A stretch of DNA of 64,000 nt, taken from the NCBI RefSeq assembly GCF_009834535.1, contig NC_045697.1:66218001-66282000 (forward strand). Direction: 5' to 3'. This stretch comes from Camelus ferus (Eukaryota). Position numbers and translations under genes: made by a program. Shown here piece by piece: positions 1-12,082 of the stretch. Numbering within the stretch: the first letter of the stretch is position 1; every line of letters starts with the position of its first letter. The notes under the pieces are model-generated. The model ran no database searches and was not told the origin of the DNA. It saw only the letters and a list, made by a program, of their open reading frames with translations.

Positions 1-769
1 TAAAATGTCACTGTTGCAGAACTCATAGTGGTTCTTGCCACTCTATTCTCCATCAGTTACTTTTAGGTGAAATGTGCATTTGACCCATTACCAGAGCCCA
101 ACCAGAGGAGAAGTTGGTCTGGCTGAGAGCAGAGATATCCTGGGATATCCAAAAATCTCTGTTTTAATTGAAGCAAATAGTCTCTACTAGGTTTTCTCCA
201 CTTATCAGTGAAAGTTGTTATCCTTTCCTTCTACAGAACAACACATCCTGGTAACAGCTACAGAGGTAAATTCTCAGTCAAGTTAGTTACAGATTGTTGG
301 TTTCATTGACTGGAGGCTCTGCTACACATGGATACACTTCCCTGATGGTCATTATCTGTATGACTCAGATTCTAAATAGCCTTGCTTCAATCTCTGTCAT
401 CGGTTCTATCAACCTGTTAGGACATGCAGGTACTTCAGTTTGCACTAATGCCCTTGTCGAACGTATTTGAATCATTTGCTTGAACTGTATTTGAACACTA
501 TTGAAATGCCTGGATACAGTCTTTCCTGCAAGACCAAATCTGTGTGGTCAACCACTACTCTTGGGGTGAGTTTCCCAGAATCTGTCCTGCTCTGGAAGAT
601 GGGTTTATTGCCATCCCTGGATTTACTGTCCCAACCAGTCAAGTGCCATACAGTGTCATAAAAGTTCAAGAATGGACACCAAATGGAAGTGTTATCTAAA
701 AGATAATACTCTTCTCCATTCAGAAAAATAAAGTCCTTTCCTTTCTGGAGAGCTCCAAACTGTTCGTTT

Positions 770-807
<38 letters not shown>

Positions 808-808
808 G
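770..808. repeat. (TTG)13 microsatellite
   Basis: Perfect trinucleotide run; produces the poly-Asn of ORF 472..831. Confidence 0.97.
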
Positions 809-923
809 CCCTCTGCTCTAATTGAATTCAACGTTCATCTTGAATATGTTAAGCTGTGACAGGTTTTTTTTCCCCAGACAAAATGTTCATGAACCAGATT
901 GTTTTAAATTTTGAACTGTCTAT

Positions 924-1230
924 ATCAGTAATCTGCAAACTTGGGCACACAAAGACTTTTCATGGAGGGTGTGAAGATGGAAAGTTTTAAGGGAATCAGT
1001 TTCCTTATTTTCAACTTTCATATGTACTTTTCCTTAAAACTGATCTGCCTCAAGAAGTCCTGCCAATTTTCCTCTCCCACTTTCCCTTTCACTGTATAAA
1101 AGTGGGGTGAGCAGTTCAGCCATACCGAATTTTACTGTGTACATCATGCCAGGGTGTAAAAATCTCTCAGAGTGCCAAATATAGGAAAGGCTCAAAATAT
1201 TGCTGTCAGGAAGCCTCATTTAAGCAAAAC
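924..1230. mobile_element. Ancient hAT/Charlie-like DNA transposon fragment
   Basis: Starts CAGTAATCTGCAAACTTGGG (hAT TIR-like); internal GTTTTAAGGGAATCAGTTTCC...CCTTAAAACTGATCTGCCT resembles a recalled Charlie-group consensus; subfamily not determined. Confidence 0.45.
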
Positions 1231-1489
1231 ACCATAAATCCATAGTAGGACTTTATATATCCCTGTTTTATTCGTATTTCTGTGCATGGTGTTAGAAATA
1301 GAGGTTTTGGCCCAGGTTGAAATGTTCTGAATTTAGATATATTGTAGAGGAGAAGTAGCTAGAGGGATTTTTGTTTGTTTGTTTAAAGATAATTTTTCTC
1401 TCCCCTAATTACAGGCAACAAAAGCATAATTCATCTGAGGGACAGTGCAATCAAAACAAAGCAAAGAGAGCATCAGTAATGCATACCAA

Positions 1490-3441
1490 AGGTGACAGCA
1501 CCTTACTTCATCCAGGCAGTGAGTTCAGTTTTTTTTTTAACTCTTCTCCCCCAGTGATCTCATGCTTCACCCTACTTTAGCCATTAACTTCCAGAATCAT
1601 AGACTATATCTTGTCATTTCCAGTAACTGCAACGTCTCCACAGTCTCCCACCACTATCCACCCACCAGTAAATGTAGCTGTACACTCTGCTTTTCCACCT
1701 GCTAGCACAGGTGATGCTATGGTAGAAGACCAACTCCTCCCCTTGGGCACAGAGCCCACCTTCTCCCTCCCTACTCAAGAACTGGGAACAGCAATCCCAC
1801 CCCTTTCTACATCATCAACTTTTCGCTCTCTACCAAATATTTCCTATCAGTATCCCAACATGCTGTTGTTTTTTTCTCTCTCTCTTTAAAATAGCCTCTT
1901 TTAACCTCAATTACTCTGAAAACTACCATCCCTTTTTGCTCTCATTTCTAATAAGACTCCTCAAAAATTGTCTGTATTTGCTTTCCCGGACTCCTCTTCT
2001 CCAGCTCTCTCCTTAACCTATGAAGTCCTACAAAATTAGGCATTCACTCATCATTATACCAAAAATTATTGTAAAGTTCATTAATGACTCTCACAGTTAC
2101 TAAATCTGATGATCAATTGTGCTTCATCTTACTTGAGCTATCAGCAGAATTTAATATGGTAATTTAACTTTTCCTCCTTGATATAAATTTTCCTCTTGGA
2201 TTTAGTCTTGGTGTTCTTTCTCCCTCACTAGTCTCTCTTTCTCAGTCTCCTATGTTTTTTTCTTCCTCTTCACACCAACCTCAAAATCTTGGTCTGCCAC
2301 ATGGCTGTCCTTGACCCTCTATGTTCTCAACACACATTCCCTTTGTGATCTCATTCAACCTCATGGCCTCAAATAACATGTTCTGTATTGCCAATGGCTC
2401 TCAGCTGTACGTTTCCATCCCAGTCCAATCTCCTGAACTTCAGACTTACCTACAAAAGTTATGTTTTATATGTATATTTATTTATATCAAAAGTGCCAAG
2501 TCATTCTTTTCTCCTTTCTTTCTCTCAGGTAGCACATTCAGTGCATCTAGAAATCTTGTGATTCACCTTCCAAAAAATCCATAATCAGACCACTTCTTAC
2601 TAGCCTGTTCTAAGACACCACCATTTCTTACTTGAATTGTTCAACAGCCTCCTTAGAGGTCTCTCTACGTCTGCTTTTGCCACTAAACAGTCTATTCTCA
2701 ACAAAGCAACCAGAATGATCCTTTAAAAATGTTTTTATCTTTATGAGATGATGCATGCTCACCAAACCTATTGTGATAACCATTTCATGATGTATGTAAG
2801 TCAAATTATTACGCTGTACACCTTAAATATATATGGTTCAGTATGCCCATTATATCTCAATAAGACTGGAAGAAAAATATAGTTTGGATCATGTTATTCC
2901 TGTCTTAAAACCCTCCAGTGCCCTCTCTCTCCATCTTACTCAGAGTGAAAACCAAAGATATTATCATGGCTGCCCGGTCCCTCAGGCTCTGGCTTCCCAT
3001 TGTCTCTCTGAATTCCTCTTCTGCTATTCCTGCCTCTGTTCCGCACCGTACTCCAGAAGCACTGGCACCCTTGAATGTGCCTAGCAAGCTCCCATATTAG
3101 AGTCTTTGCATAGGCTGTTTCCTTTGTCTGGAATGATCTTCCCCCACTTGGCCAACTTCTTCCCTCTTTTACTGCATTGTTCAAATCTTATTAACACTAC
3201 AAACTTCCTTTACTTTGCATTCCTGACCTCCCTTTTCCTCCTCTGCTTTTTCTTTTTTCCATAGCACACATCACCTTCAAACATACTATTTAATTTTGTT
3301 ACTATGCTTATTATCTCTTTCTAGATTGTGAACTCCTTGAAGGCAGGGTCTTGGTTTTTGTTTACTCATGTCTCTCCCCAAACATAGAATAGCACCTATC
3401 CATAGAAGCTTCTCAAAAAACAACTGTTGAATAAATGAATA
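1490..3441 (+). mobile_element. LINE-2 (L2a-like), degraded, interrupted by an L1 fragment
   Basis: RT remnant CTTCATCTTACTTGAGCTATCAGCAGAATTTAAT (LILLDLSAAFD-like) near 2122, typical pyrimidine-rich L2 body, 3' tail TGTTGAATAAATGAATAA at ~3425-3441. Confidence 0.85.
2731..2878 (+). mobile_element. Old L1 (L1MB/L1MC-type) 3' end nested in L2
   Basis: TATTGTGATAACCATTTCATGATGTATGTAAGTCAAATTATTACGCTGTACACCTTAAA...TTATATCTCAATAAGACTGGAAGAAAAA is a typical L1M 3' terminus; L2 resumes on both sides. Confidence 0.8.
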
Positions 3442-3794
3442 AAAATCCTTTAGGGGATATGCAAGCAAACAACTTTGAAAACCACTGATATGAACGATTT
3501 TCAATTTCACAAGGGAACTGTCAGTTCAAATGAGATGTGTCTAAATGAAAACCTTAACCTCAAATTATGGTTTCATTTTTTAAAAATTCAACAGTGTTAA
3601 ATTTGGAAACTGTTTCAAGTCATTTTGTAAAATATAGGTCTAGTGAGCACTAAAAGATATAGACTATTTTTCAACTCAGAGCAATGAGGAACTATTACCT
3701 AATTCATGACCACCTTAAAATAGAACATTCTCTGTAAGTCTGCCTTGGGAATAGAATAGGAAACTTCCCTGGAAAGTTTCATACTTTGTGGTTT

Positions 3795-3823
<29 letters not shown>
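3795..3823. repeat. (TA)n followed by poly(T)
   Basis: Read directly. Confidence 0.9.
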
Positions 3824-3825
<2 letters not shown>

Positions 3826-5189
3826 AGACAAATTCAAGAAATGATTTATTGCCTTAGTTTTTAAAATGCCAATCTTTAGTATTTTTTTGGTTAATTGTGA
3901 ATTCTGTCAGTAAGAGCCAATGCAGTGCCTGTCTTTTTTAAAAAGACAGAGACTCTTTAGAAATTATAAAGTTAAGAGTTTACTGCCTGTTCCTTCCAAA
4001 TGCCCCTTAGGAACTGTAGGTTTAAAAGTTCAACAACTCTTCCCACCAAAGAGCTAAATTTAATCATTAGAAAATCAATTGGCAGACACGTTAGGAACAA
4101 CAGAATAATCAGCAGTGTGGTTTTGTGAAGAAATAGCCTGCGGGACCAATCTAGCTTTTTTGCAGACCAGATGACAGAACTAGTTAGAATAGGTGAAGTT
4201 TATTTTGACTTAAGTAGGATCACCATTGGAATGGAAATCATGATCCCAGGAAAATACACTCTGGCATGAGTGTCCACCCCTGCTTTCCGTGATTTTCTAG
4301 TCAGACTGTATGTGAGCTTTCTGCACAAACTTGTTCTTGTGGTTATGGTAAGAATTTTGTTGGAGACAGCTTGTAGCCACAGCTTGGTGGCACACAAAAG
4401 GAGTGAGCTACTTCAACAAACCATGCTGCGAAACAGGCCAGCATACACCAAAGCCAAATGGCAAAAACTCACAATTGGCCATTTCTGGTCTGTTTACAGA
4501 AGGCAAAGAAAATACTTGAGGAACAAACTCAATGCAGCAGCCATGCACGTCAATGCCCCAAACAGAGTATTTATGTGTGTGTTCCCGAAAGATTGCCTAG
4601 CTAATATTATTGTTCAATGGAAATATTTCCCTAGGAAAAAAAGGTCCTCAAAGGTAACATTGCCCCAGGTGCCAAATATTTTGGAGTTTCTGTTGAATCT
4701 AGTTGATTTTTTGTATTTTATTTGATGGTCACATTAATGGAATATCAAGCATATAAGTTAAAGTCATAGGTAATTTCAAAATTAGAATAATATTTGCCAC
4801 AGCAATAAGATATTTTGTCCTAGTCAGAAAAAAGTGGAATTCAGTTTAAAGATTTATGTTCATAAAGTAACCCAAATATGGAAGAAGAAAAAATACTCTA
4901 AATTTAAGAATGTGTGGCTTAGCTAAGAAGAAGACAGTAATCACAGAGAACACAAATAATAGTGTGGTAAAAGTGCACAATATTTAAAAGTGAATATGAT
5001 ACAGGATCTTAAGGGCTTAGTTTTAAAAGAGAAAAAAATTACTCTCAACTCTGGTACATATATTAAAGTGTCTTATATACAATTTATGAGAGACATGAAA
5101 AACTTCGAATTCACAGGCATGAATTAAAATGATTAAGTGTTTGCAAATGGGTGATACAGGTGAAATGGAAGTGGTCATTACCGAGTAGC

Positions 5190-5450
5190 AGGGAAGACTG
5201 TGGAATGACCTCAGTCTTCTAACTTATAAAGGAATATTATGCAGATGGTGACCAACTGTTATCCATCTCAAATGAGGACTGAATTAGAGGAAATGGGTCT
5301 AAATTTGGCTTGGGGGATTTAGGTTAAATGTGAAGAATAGTTTCCTGACAGCAAAGGTTGTAAAGTGCTAAACAAATTCCTGAGAGGCATTATAGAATCT
5401 CCCTCCTTGGATCTGTCTTAAGAACAAAAAGTGCTTTACCATCTGCCAGC
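5190..5450 (+). mobile_element. CR1/L3 LINE 3' fragment
   Basis: AGAGGAAATGGGTCTAAATT...GGATTTAGGTTAAATGTGAAGAATAGTTTCCTGACAG...GAATCTCCCTCCTTGGA matches the recalled L3 ORF2 C-terminal region. Confidence 0.8.
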
Positions 5451-6559
5451 AATGAGTGCAGTGTAGATTTGCAGAGAATAAGCAAGAACTCAAAATCCTT
5501 TATGATACAATCAGATGCGATATTTCCACCCAAGCAGATTTCCATGTATTTTTGTTTGGGAGGGGGGCGATTTTTGATTTGATTTTGGTTTGTTTTTTGA
5601 TGCGCGAGGTCTTCTTAGTGGTTGGGAGTTATACTTACATCAATACATTTTTCTACAGAAGGTAAAAACATTTCCCTCCACTTCATGTAAAAATATATGT
5701 GGCTCATTTTCACCAGTGTCTAAAAGTAATTCGGCCTTGTTGGATTTCTAGACAATTAAATACTGCCTTATTCATCACTCAGGGGGAGATGTTATGAGAC
5801 CTGGCAGTTTTAGCCCCAGCATTTTTATCACCCTGTAACTAGAGCACTGTTTCTGGGATACCCTAAATCAATCTGTTTTCATATGGTGAAAATATTCCAA
5901 CTGCCAACAAAACAGAAGTTTGAGAGTGACTCAGAGCATTATAAGAACAATGGTGTTTTATCTGCACATCGCATGTATTTAAGCCTTTATTTTTCATTAG
6001 GAACGAAAATAAAAACTGTTTTATGTTCCTGGACATAAGAATTTAGCTCTGTGCATCTGCTCTTACATGAGTAAAGCAGACAAGGTAAGTGTATATGAGG
6101 CTTACTGGTCATGCATTGTATGTAGGAAAAACTAAACATTTAATGTCGGATTCTGAATTTCCTAATGAGGCAATATATAGTGGCTATAGTTGCTTCTATT
6201 TTTACAAACAAGTTTTTGTATAATTTACAACATTCATGGGGGATCGTTTTTTGCTTATGTAAAAATGTCATGTTTAATATTGGCTATTAGAACATTCCAT
6301 ACCTATTACCTTATTAATGCCTTTGAGAACCTAATAAGTTCCTATTTTATTAAGTGTATTCCAGATAAATCAAACAATTCATCATGGTCCCATGGTTAGT
6401 AATTGGAGAAGCCAGTACTATATCTCAGAAACTCCATGCATGGAAGTTTACCCAGAATGCTTTGTCTCATGGAATACATTCTCTACCACTAAACTTTACA
6501 AAACTAATGCTGCTTCTTCCCTTGTCCTTCCCTCCTTTCTAATCAGAAGACCATAGCAT

Positions 6560-6790
6560 CAATTCTGTCATAATCCTGCCAAAAATACCTGAGTTTCATT
6601 ATGAGGAAAGACTTTCTTTCTTAATGCAGGATATTTTACAAAATAACTGGCCTTAATATTCAAAAGTGTTAATGCCATGAAAGTCAAGGAAAACTTGGGA
6701 TTGGCTCCAGATTAAAAGAACCTAAAGAGACATAACAACCAAAGCAACATAAGATTCTGGGCTGCGTTTTTTGCTATAAACAATATTATG
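6560..6790 (+). mobile_element. Old L1 (L1MC-type) 3' UTR fragment
   Basis: ATTTTACAAAATAACTGGCC...CATGAAAGTCAAGGAAA...TCCAGATTAAAAGAACCTAAAGAGACATAACAACCAAA. Confidence 0.7.
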
Positions 6791-7599
6791 ATGTTAAAGT
6801 ATTTTGATGTCTGAAGGGGGAAAGAGGTTCTTAGTGGATATAGACATATAGTTATACATTAGTGATACTTCCTCAGGGGTACCTGAATGCCTCTGTTATA
6901 TGCCGTGGATAGGGGTCAGAATTTAGAACAATGTCTCTAATCTCTAATGTCCATTCTTTCCACAAATGTTTATGTAGTGAATCATCTTGGGAGATAGAGA
7001 TACGGTCTCTTCTGGAGCAAAAACCAGTCATGCTTTCTGCTCATCATAAAAGATTCAGGTTATTTTCCTGGAACACGACCCATTGCATGTGCAGGTGTCA
7101 TCTGGCCCTCTTTCTGCTGCCCTATAGAAGCTGAGGCTCAGGGACCAGCACAAAAATGCTGATTCTCTGGCTACTGCTATTGATGAGAGTAATAAACTGT
7201 CCTTCATCTCTGAGCCAGGAATCTCACGTCTCCTAACAGCACCCATGAACTGTCAGGTTAACTTGTGAGTAGGGTCGATCTCATACGTTTTGCAGTTTTT
7301 GACATACCCTGTCCCTATACACACTAATTTGTAAAGTTAACCACTACCAACCATGCCGTTTAAAACAACAGAGGGAAGGAAACAAGGAAAAAAATATATA
7401 TAATTGGTTATACATACACATAAAACATACATGGTAAGGCAAGGTGAAACATGGATAACTGCCACAACTCCCCATTGCTGCAACTGGTCAGTGGCCAAAA
7501 CTTACGTTTATGACTTCTTTTTCCAATATCCATTCTATAGTCTTCTTTCACTTGGTTGCACTCTGTTGGTCTAAGTTCTTTATTAATCAAATGTGAGGA

Positions 7600-7960
7600 C
7601 CCAGTAACACATTGTGGCATATTTATACAATGGAATATGTATCTCAAAATGCATGAATCTCAAAAATATAAACGTTAATGATAAAGTAAGTCACAAAAGA
7701 CTGCACATAGTACGGTATCATTTACACAAAAACTAAACTGTATTTTTAGGGGTAATATATATGTAGCAAAACTATAATGACAAGAAAGGAAGTGACAGAA
7801 ATTATAAACATGAAAATCAGAACAACATTACCTCTGGGAAAAAGGAAATTTGTTCACATAGCCTTCAAGAGCCAGATAATGTTCTATTTGTTGAGATGTA
7901 TGGTGTGAACAGATATTTATTTTATTAATATCTTATAATATATGTATTTGTTGAACATGC
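7600..7960 (+). mobile_element. Old L1 (L1ME-type) 3' fragment
   Basis: TTGTGGCATATTTATACAATGGAATA...GCATGAATCTCAAAAA...AAGTCACAAAAGACTGCACATAGTACG. Confidence 0.7.
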
Positions 7961-8427
7961 GAGTGATATTCAAAGCCTTTCTTTCTGCCCTAGCCCCAGA
8001 AAATAAAGGTAAAACAATAGCTCCTTTTAATGTACTTGCCATTTTCTTCCTCTCTTATCTTGTTGACTATATTAATATATAAATAAAATTAAATTTTTTA
8101 AAATACAAAAAAAAAATATTTTTCAAGCACAACACTTCTCCTTATAGATCTGGAGCTCATTTGAAATCTCCTTGAGAGAACTGTTGATTTATTTTAGTGT
8201 TTTTCTTACTTGTTCCTTCCTGGGTACCCTCTTCTTCACTGGATAGTAAACAACCAGCAGGTGGTAACTATTAAGATTTAAACAGAATAAGCAGAAATGC
8301 CAGACAGCTTTCAGGTGGTACCTATTAAGGTATAACCAGAATAAGTGGTAATGACAGGAACGTGGGTCCTCATCTTAGCTTGTACTCTCCCAAGTTTTAT
8401 TTTTGTTTCCTTTTTCCCTTTTTGACA

Positions 8428-8446
8428 CAGAGCCACCTGCTGGCAG
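8428..8446 (-). promoter_or_regulatory. CTCF-like motif / E-box
   Basis: Reverse complement CTGCCAGCAGGTGGCTCTG contains CCAGCAGGTGGC. Confidence 0.45.
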
Positions 8447-8589
8447 CAGGGTGTTAGTTAACCTTGAAAATATTTTAGAATGCAATTAGATTCACGCGCA
8501 CGGGAAACGTAGTTGATGAGGCTGTACCTTAAAATGTTTTACAGGTTTTACCGACAGTAAGACTGTTAATGATAGTGAAAATGTTAATG

Positions 8590-9950
8590 TTAAAATGTGC
8601 CACATGGCTGAGGAAAGGGTTTTTTTTTTTTAAGCTGAGGAAGATTAGATCAAATCGAAATGTGGATGGAAAAACCTCACGAGGAGTAGAGGTTGAAGAC
8701 ACAGGTGAGGAAGGAGATTCCATTCTGTAAGTTATTTGAAAGGCAAGAGAAGAAAGATTCCTGGACACAGATGGAAAACTGGTCAAGACAAGAGAAGAGG
8801 ATTCTCCTCGGATGCATCAGGCAAGAATGCGGAGAGAGGCAGGAGTTGGGAGGTAACAGGGAGTTGCTTGTTTCTATATTATTTGGGCTGAAAGGGAAGA
8901 TAACAAGCATTTAGGAGACTAGAGGAATGAGAAATAGTTAAGCAAATAAAAGCAAGTTGTCTAGGGACGCATACTAGGATTTCAGGGCCATGCTGAGAGT
9001 CCAGTTGAGGTTGGGGATCGTAAATTTTTGGTGGTACTGATATGCCCTGTCTTGTGATTGTTTTCATAATTGTTCTGTTGTCCAGATAAATATATGGAGA
9101 AAGGAAAGAGGTGGGATCACACTGGAAGGGTTCTTGCCAAAGAAACAAGATAGTTTATGGCATTGACAAAATTGTTCTTAAAATTATAGACCATGGAAAA
9201 TGAACTGAATGGGAAGAAAATTAAACACAGAGGGGAAGATATCCATCTGGGACTGGTCCCTTATTGGAAAGTCCAAAGAGGTCAAAAAATTGCCAGGTGG
9301 GAGTAGTTGAAGACGTAGGCCAGAAAAATGAGAGACAAGGGTGAGAGTGCTCAGTGTCTAAGTCTTTGATTTGGAATATCAATGATTTTGTTGCATAAAA
9401 GATTCAATGTGTGATTGTGAGACGAGGTGGCTGAGATGGACTAGAAAAGGCCATAGAGATGAGGAGGGTAAGGAAATGAAAGGATGCTGTGGATACTGAA
9501 GCCACATACAGTGATGGCAGGAATGAGGACAGAGAGAAGACTGTAAGGCTGGTGCCAAAGTTTTTGATGAACAACAGAGAGCGGTCAAGTGATTGATGAC
9601 AATGACAAGGAAAATGAGCAGGCCATAGAGGATAAAGATCTTGGAGATGAAACGAGGAGCAGGAAGGATTCCAATCTTGCCTCTAGAGAGTGAAGTTTCT
9701 AAGGTTTGGAAGAATCACACCCGTCACTCTGCTGGGCTTCTAGGGAGCAGCAGAGCTGCGATAAGTCAGGTGGAGACAATGTTCGGAGAAGAGGAGTTTG
9801 TGCCCATGGGAGAGCGGCAGTCTCAGGGGCTCCACGATTGGAGAGGCGGGAGGTGGTGGAAGGGAGGGCAAATAATTTACTGCCAGTAGTCTGCTCAGTG
9901 TCCTTTCCTGAAGGAGTTTTCTTAAATTGAAGAACCAGGTTGAGGCCATT
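8590..9950 (-). mobile_element. LINE-2 internal fragments
   Basis: Long purine-rich + strand with GAGGAGTAGAGGTTGAAGAC / GAGGTGGCTGAGATGG-type antisense L2 motifs; several short spurious ORFs overlap. Confidence 0.55.
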
Positions 9951-10006
9951 TCTATTAAACATTTACTGTTACTGAAATAAGAATGTATTATACATTTTTT
10001 AAAAAT

Positions 10007-10133
10007 GGGAGGAGGGTACAGTTCAAGTGGCAGAGTGCATGCTTAGCATGCAGGAGGTCCTGGGTTCAATCCACGGTAATAAATAAATAAATAAACCTAA
10101 TTACTCCCCCCCGAAAAAATAAGGAAAAAAAAT
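10007..10133 (+). mobile_element. tRNA-derived SINE (camelid Vic-1-like)
   Basis: GGGAGGAGGGTACAGTTCAAGTGGCAGAGTGCATGCTTAGCATGCAGGAGGTCCTGGGTTCAATCC (A/B boxes), then (TAAA)n-CCTAATTAC-C-run and an A-rich tail. Confidence 0.88.
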
Positions 10134-11168
10134 TTTTAATGTATTGCTCTCTAGAAACCAGTAGCTCATATGGAACATACAGCAAGTCTGAACTTGTTTC
10201 CTCATTCATAAAATGGACATGATTATCCCACAGATTTATAATGTAATTTAATTATATATATACACCTACAATACAGTATCATTAAAAGTAATTGACATTG
10301 CAAAACTAATGCTTACAATGGAATATAAAATGGATAGAAAAATAAAATCAGGGCAAGAAAAAGTAGGACAGTGGGATAAAAGCAAAGATGAAGCTAATTC
10401 TTGGAAAGCTTAAGTTCTTACGCTTGATTCCTTGATTTCCTAGAAGTAAATATGAGGAATTCAAAATTATGTCCATAAGATTTAAATATTCTGGTTGATT
10501 AGCTCAAATACAACTTTTTCTAGCGCTAGGGATTAAAATGTCTCTCAGAGGATCTCATCAAACTGAATTCTCTTATAGTTAGAATTTTCAACACTATCCC
10601 CACAATAAATGCTGTAACAGGAACACTTGTGAGTACTGCATGACCATTATATGAGAATTTATGACTAAAAATCAAGTTGCTGCCACGAGATAAAGAGCAA
10701 TACCTTTTTTATGAAACTCAAGCCTTTAGATTAGCTTTTTCTAATTGTGAACAAATGGTTTTTAGCTTTTTAATCAAAATAACTTTAAATTTGAGAAGTA
10801 AAGAGATTTAAATAAAAGAACTGCAGGGGAGGGCGTAGGGAGAGAGAAACCCACAACACAGTAACTTAGACAATTTCTTATATAGGATTTAAATTTTTTA
10901 AAAAATTCATTGTTATTTAAAACTAGGAAGTATCCTTCCCAAATTGTATTCCACGTATTATCTCATTTAGTCCTCACTCTGGAATGCCTGCAGGGCTCAC
11001 ATGAACATTGCCTACTGCTGATCTGCTGTCTCTGTGCTCTCCTGCACATCTGTCACTGCAGCCTGAATTGTCTGATATTGTTGACTGTTTGCTGAGCAGA
11101 AATCATAGCACCCCAGGAAAGCAGGCTGGCTTATGACATTAGAACTCCTTTTCCACTACCATTTTCTT

Positions 11169-12082
11169 TCTCTTTTTTTAAATTTTATGTGTGTATATAT
11201 ACATTATTGAAGTATAGTCAGTTTATAATGTTGGGTCCATTTCTGGTGTATAGCGTAATGCTTCAGTCATACATGAACATACATACATTTGTTTTCATAT
11301 TCTTTTTCACCATAGGTTACTATAAGATATTGAATATAATTTCCTGTGTTATGCAGCATGAACTTGTTATTTATCTATTTTATATATATTAGTATCTGCA
11401 AATCTTGACAGCAGTGTAGGAGGGTTCCCTTTTCTCCACACCCTCTCCAGCATTTATCGTTCGTGGACTTTTGAATGATGGCCATTCTGACTGGTGTGAG
11501 GTGATATCTCATGGTAGTTTTTATTTGCATTTCTTTGATAATTATTTGCATTTTCTCTGGTATTGAGCATGTTTTTCACATGCCTATTGGCCATTTGTAT
11601 GTCTTCATTGGAGATTTGCTTGTTTAGGTCTTCTGCCCATTTTTGGATTGGGTTGTTTGTTTTTTTGTTAAGTTGTATGAGTTGTCTATATATTCTGGAA
11701 ATTAAGCCCTTGTCAGTCTCATTTTTTGCAAATATTTTCTCCCATTCCATAGGTTGTCTTTTTGTTTTGCTTATGGTTTGGTTTGCTGTGCAAAAGCTTG
11801 TAAGTTTAATCAGGCCCCATTTGTTTATTTTTGCTTTTATTTCTATTGCCTGGGTAGACTGCCCTAGGAGAACATTGCTAAGATTTATGTCAGATAATGT
11901 TTTGCCTATGTTTTTTTCTAAGAGGTTTATAGTGTCTTGTCTTATGGTTAAGTCTTTAAGCCATTGTGAGTTTATTTTTGTGTATGGTGTGAGGGAGTGT
12001 TCTAACTTCATTGATTTACACGCAACTGTCCAGTTTTCCCAACACCATTTGCTGAAGATACTTGTCTTTACTCCATTGTATG
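11169..12082 (-). mobile_element. Relatively young lineage-specific L1, 5'-truncated, with ~500 bp internal deletion
   Basis: ORF 11454..12134 translates as L1 ORF2 C-terminal region (KWCWENW...[15 protein letters not shown]...[12 protein letters not shown]); degenerate TSD TCCACTACCATTTTCTT (11152-11168) / TCCAGTACTGTTTTCTT (12083-12099). Confidence 0.95.

Noticed and set aside
472..831. 119-aa ORF with poly-Asn as a real gene
   Set aside because: Non-ATG start; the poly-Asn is just the (TTG)13 microsatellite; no recognisable protein family.
4270..4725. 151-aa ORF
   Set aside because: GTG start, no recognisable domain and no supported exon structure.
8258..8360. CRISPR-like or prokaryotic repeat system (also 36623 and 58229 repeats)
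   Set aside because: Only about two tandem units each, no unique spacers, no cas-like ORFs, and the context is mammalian.
10007..10075. tRNA genes (also ~29940-30008 and ~35045-35110)
   Set aside because: These are SINE heads with degenerate stems, deletions and A-rich tails, not intact cloverleaves.
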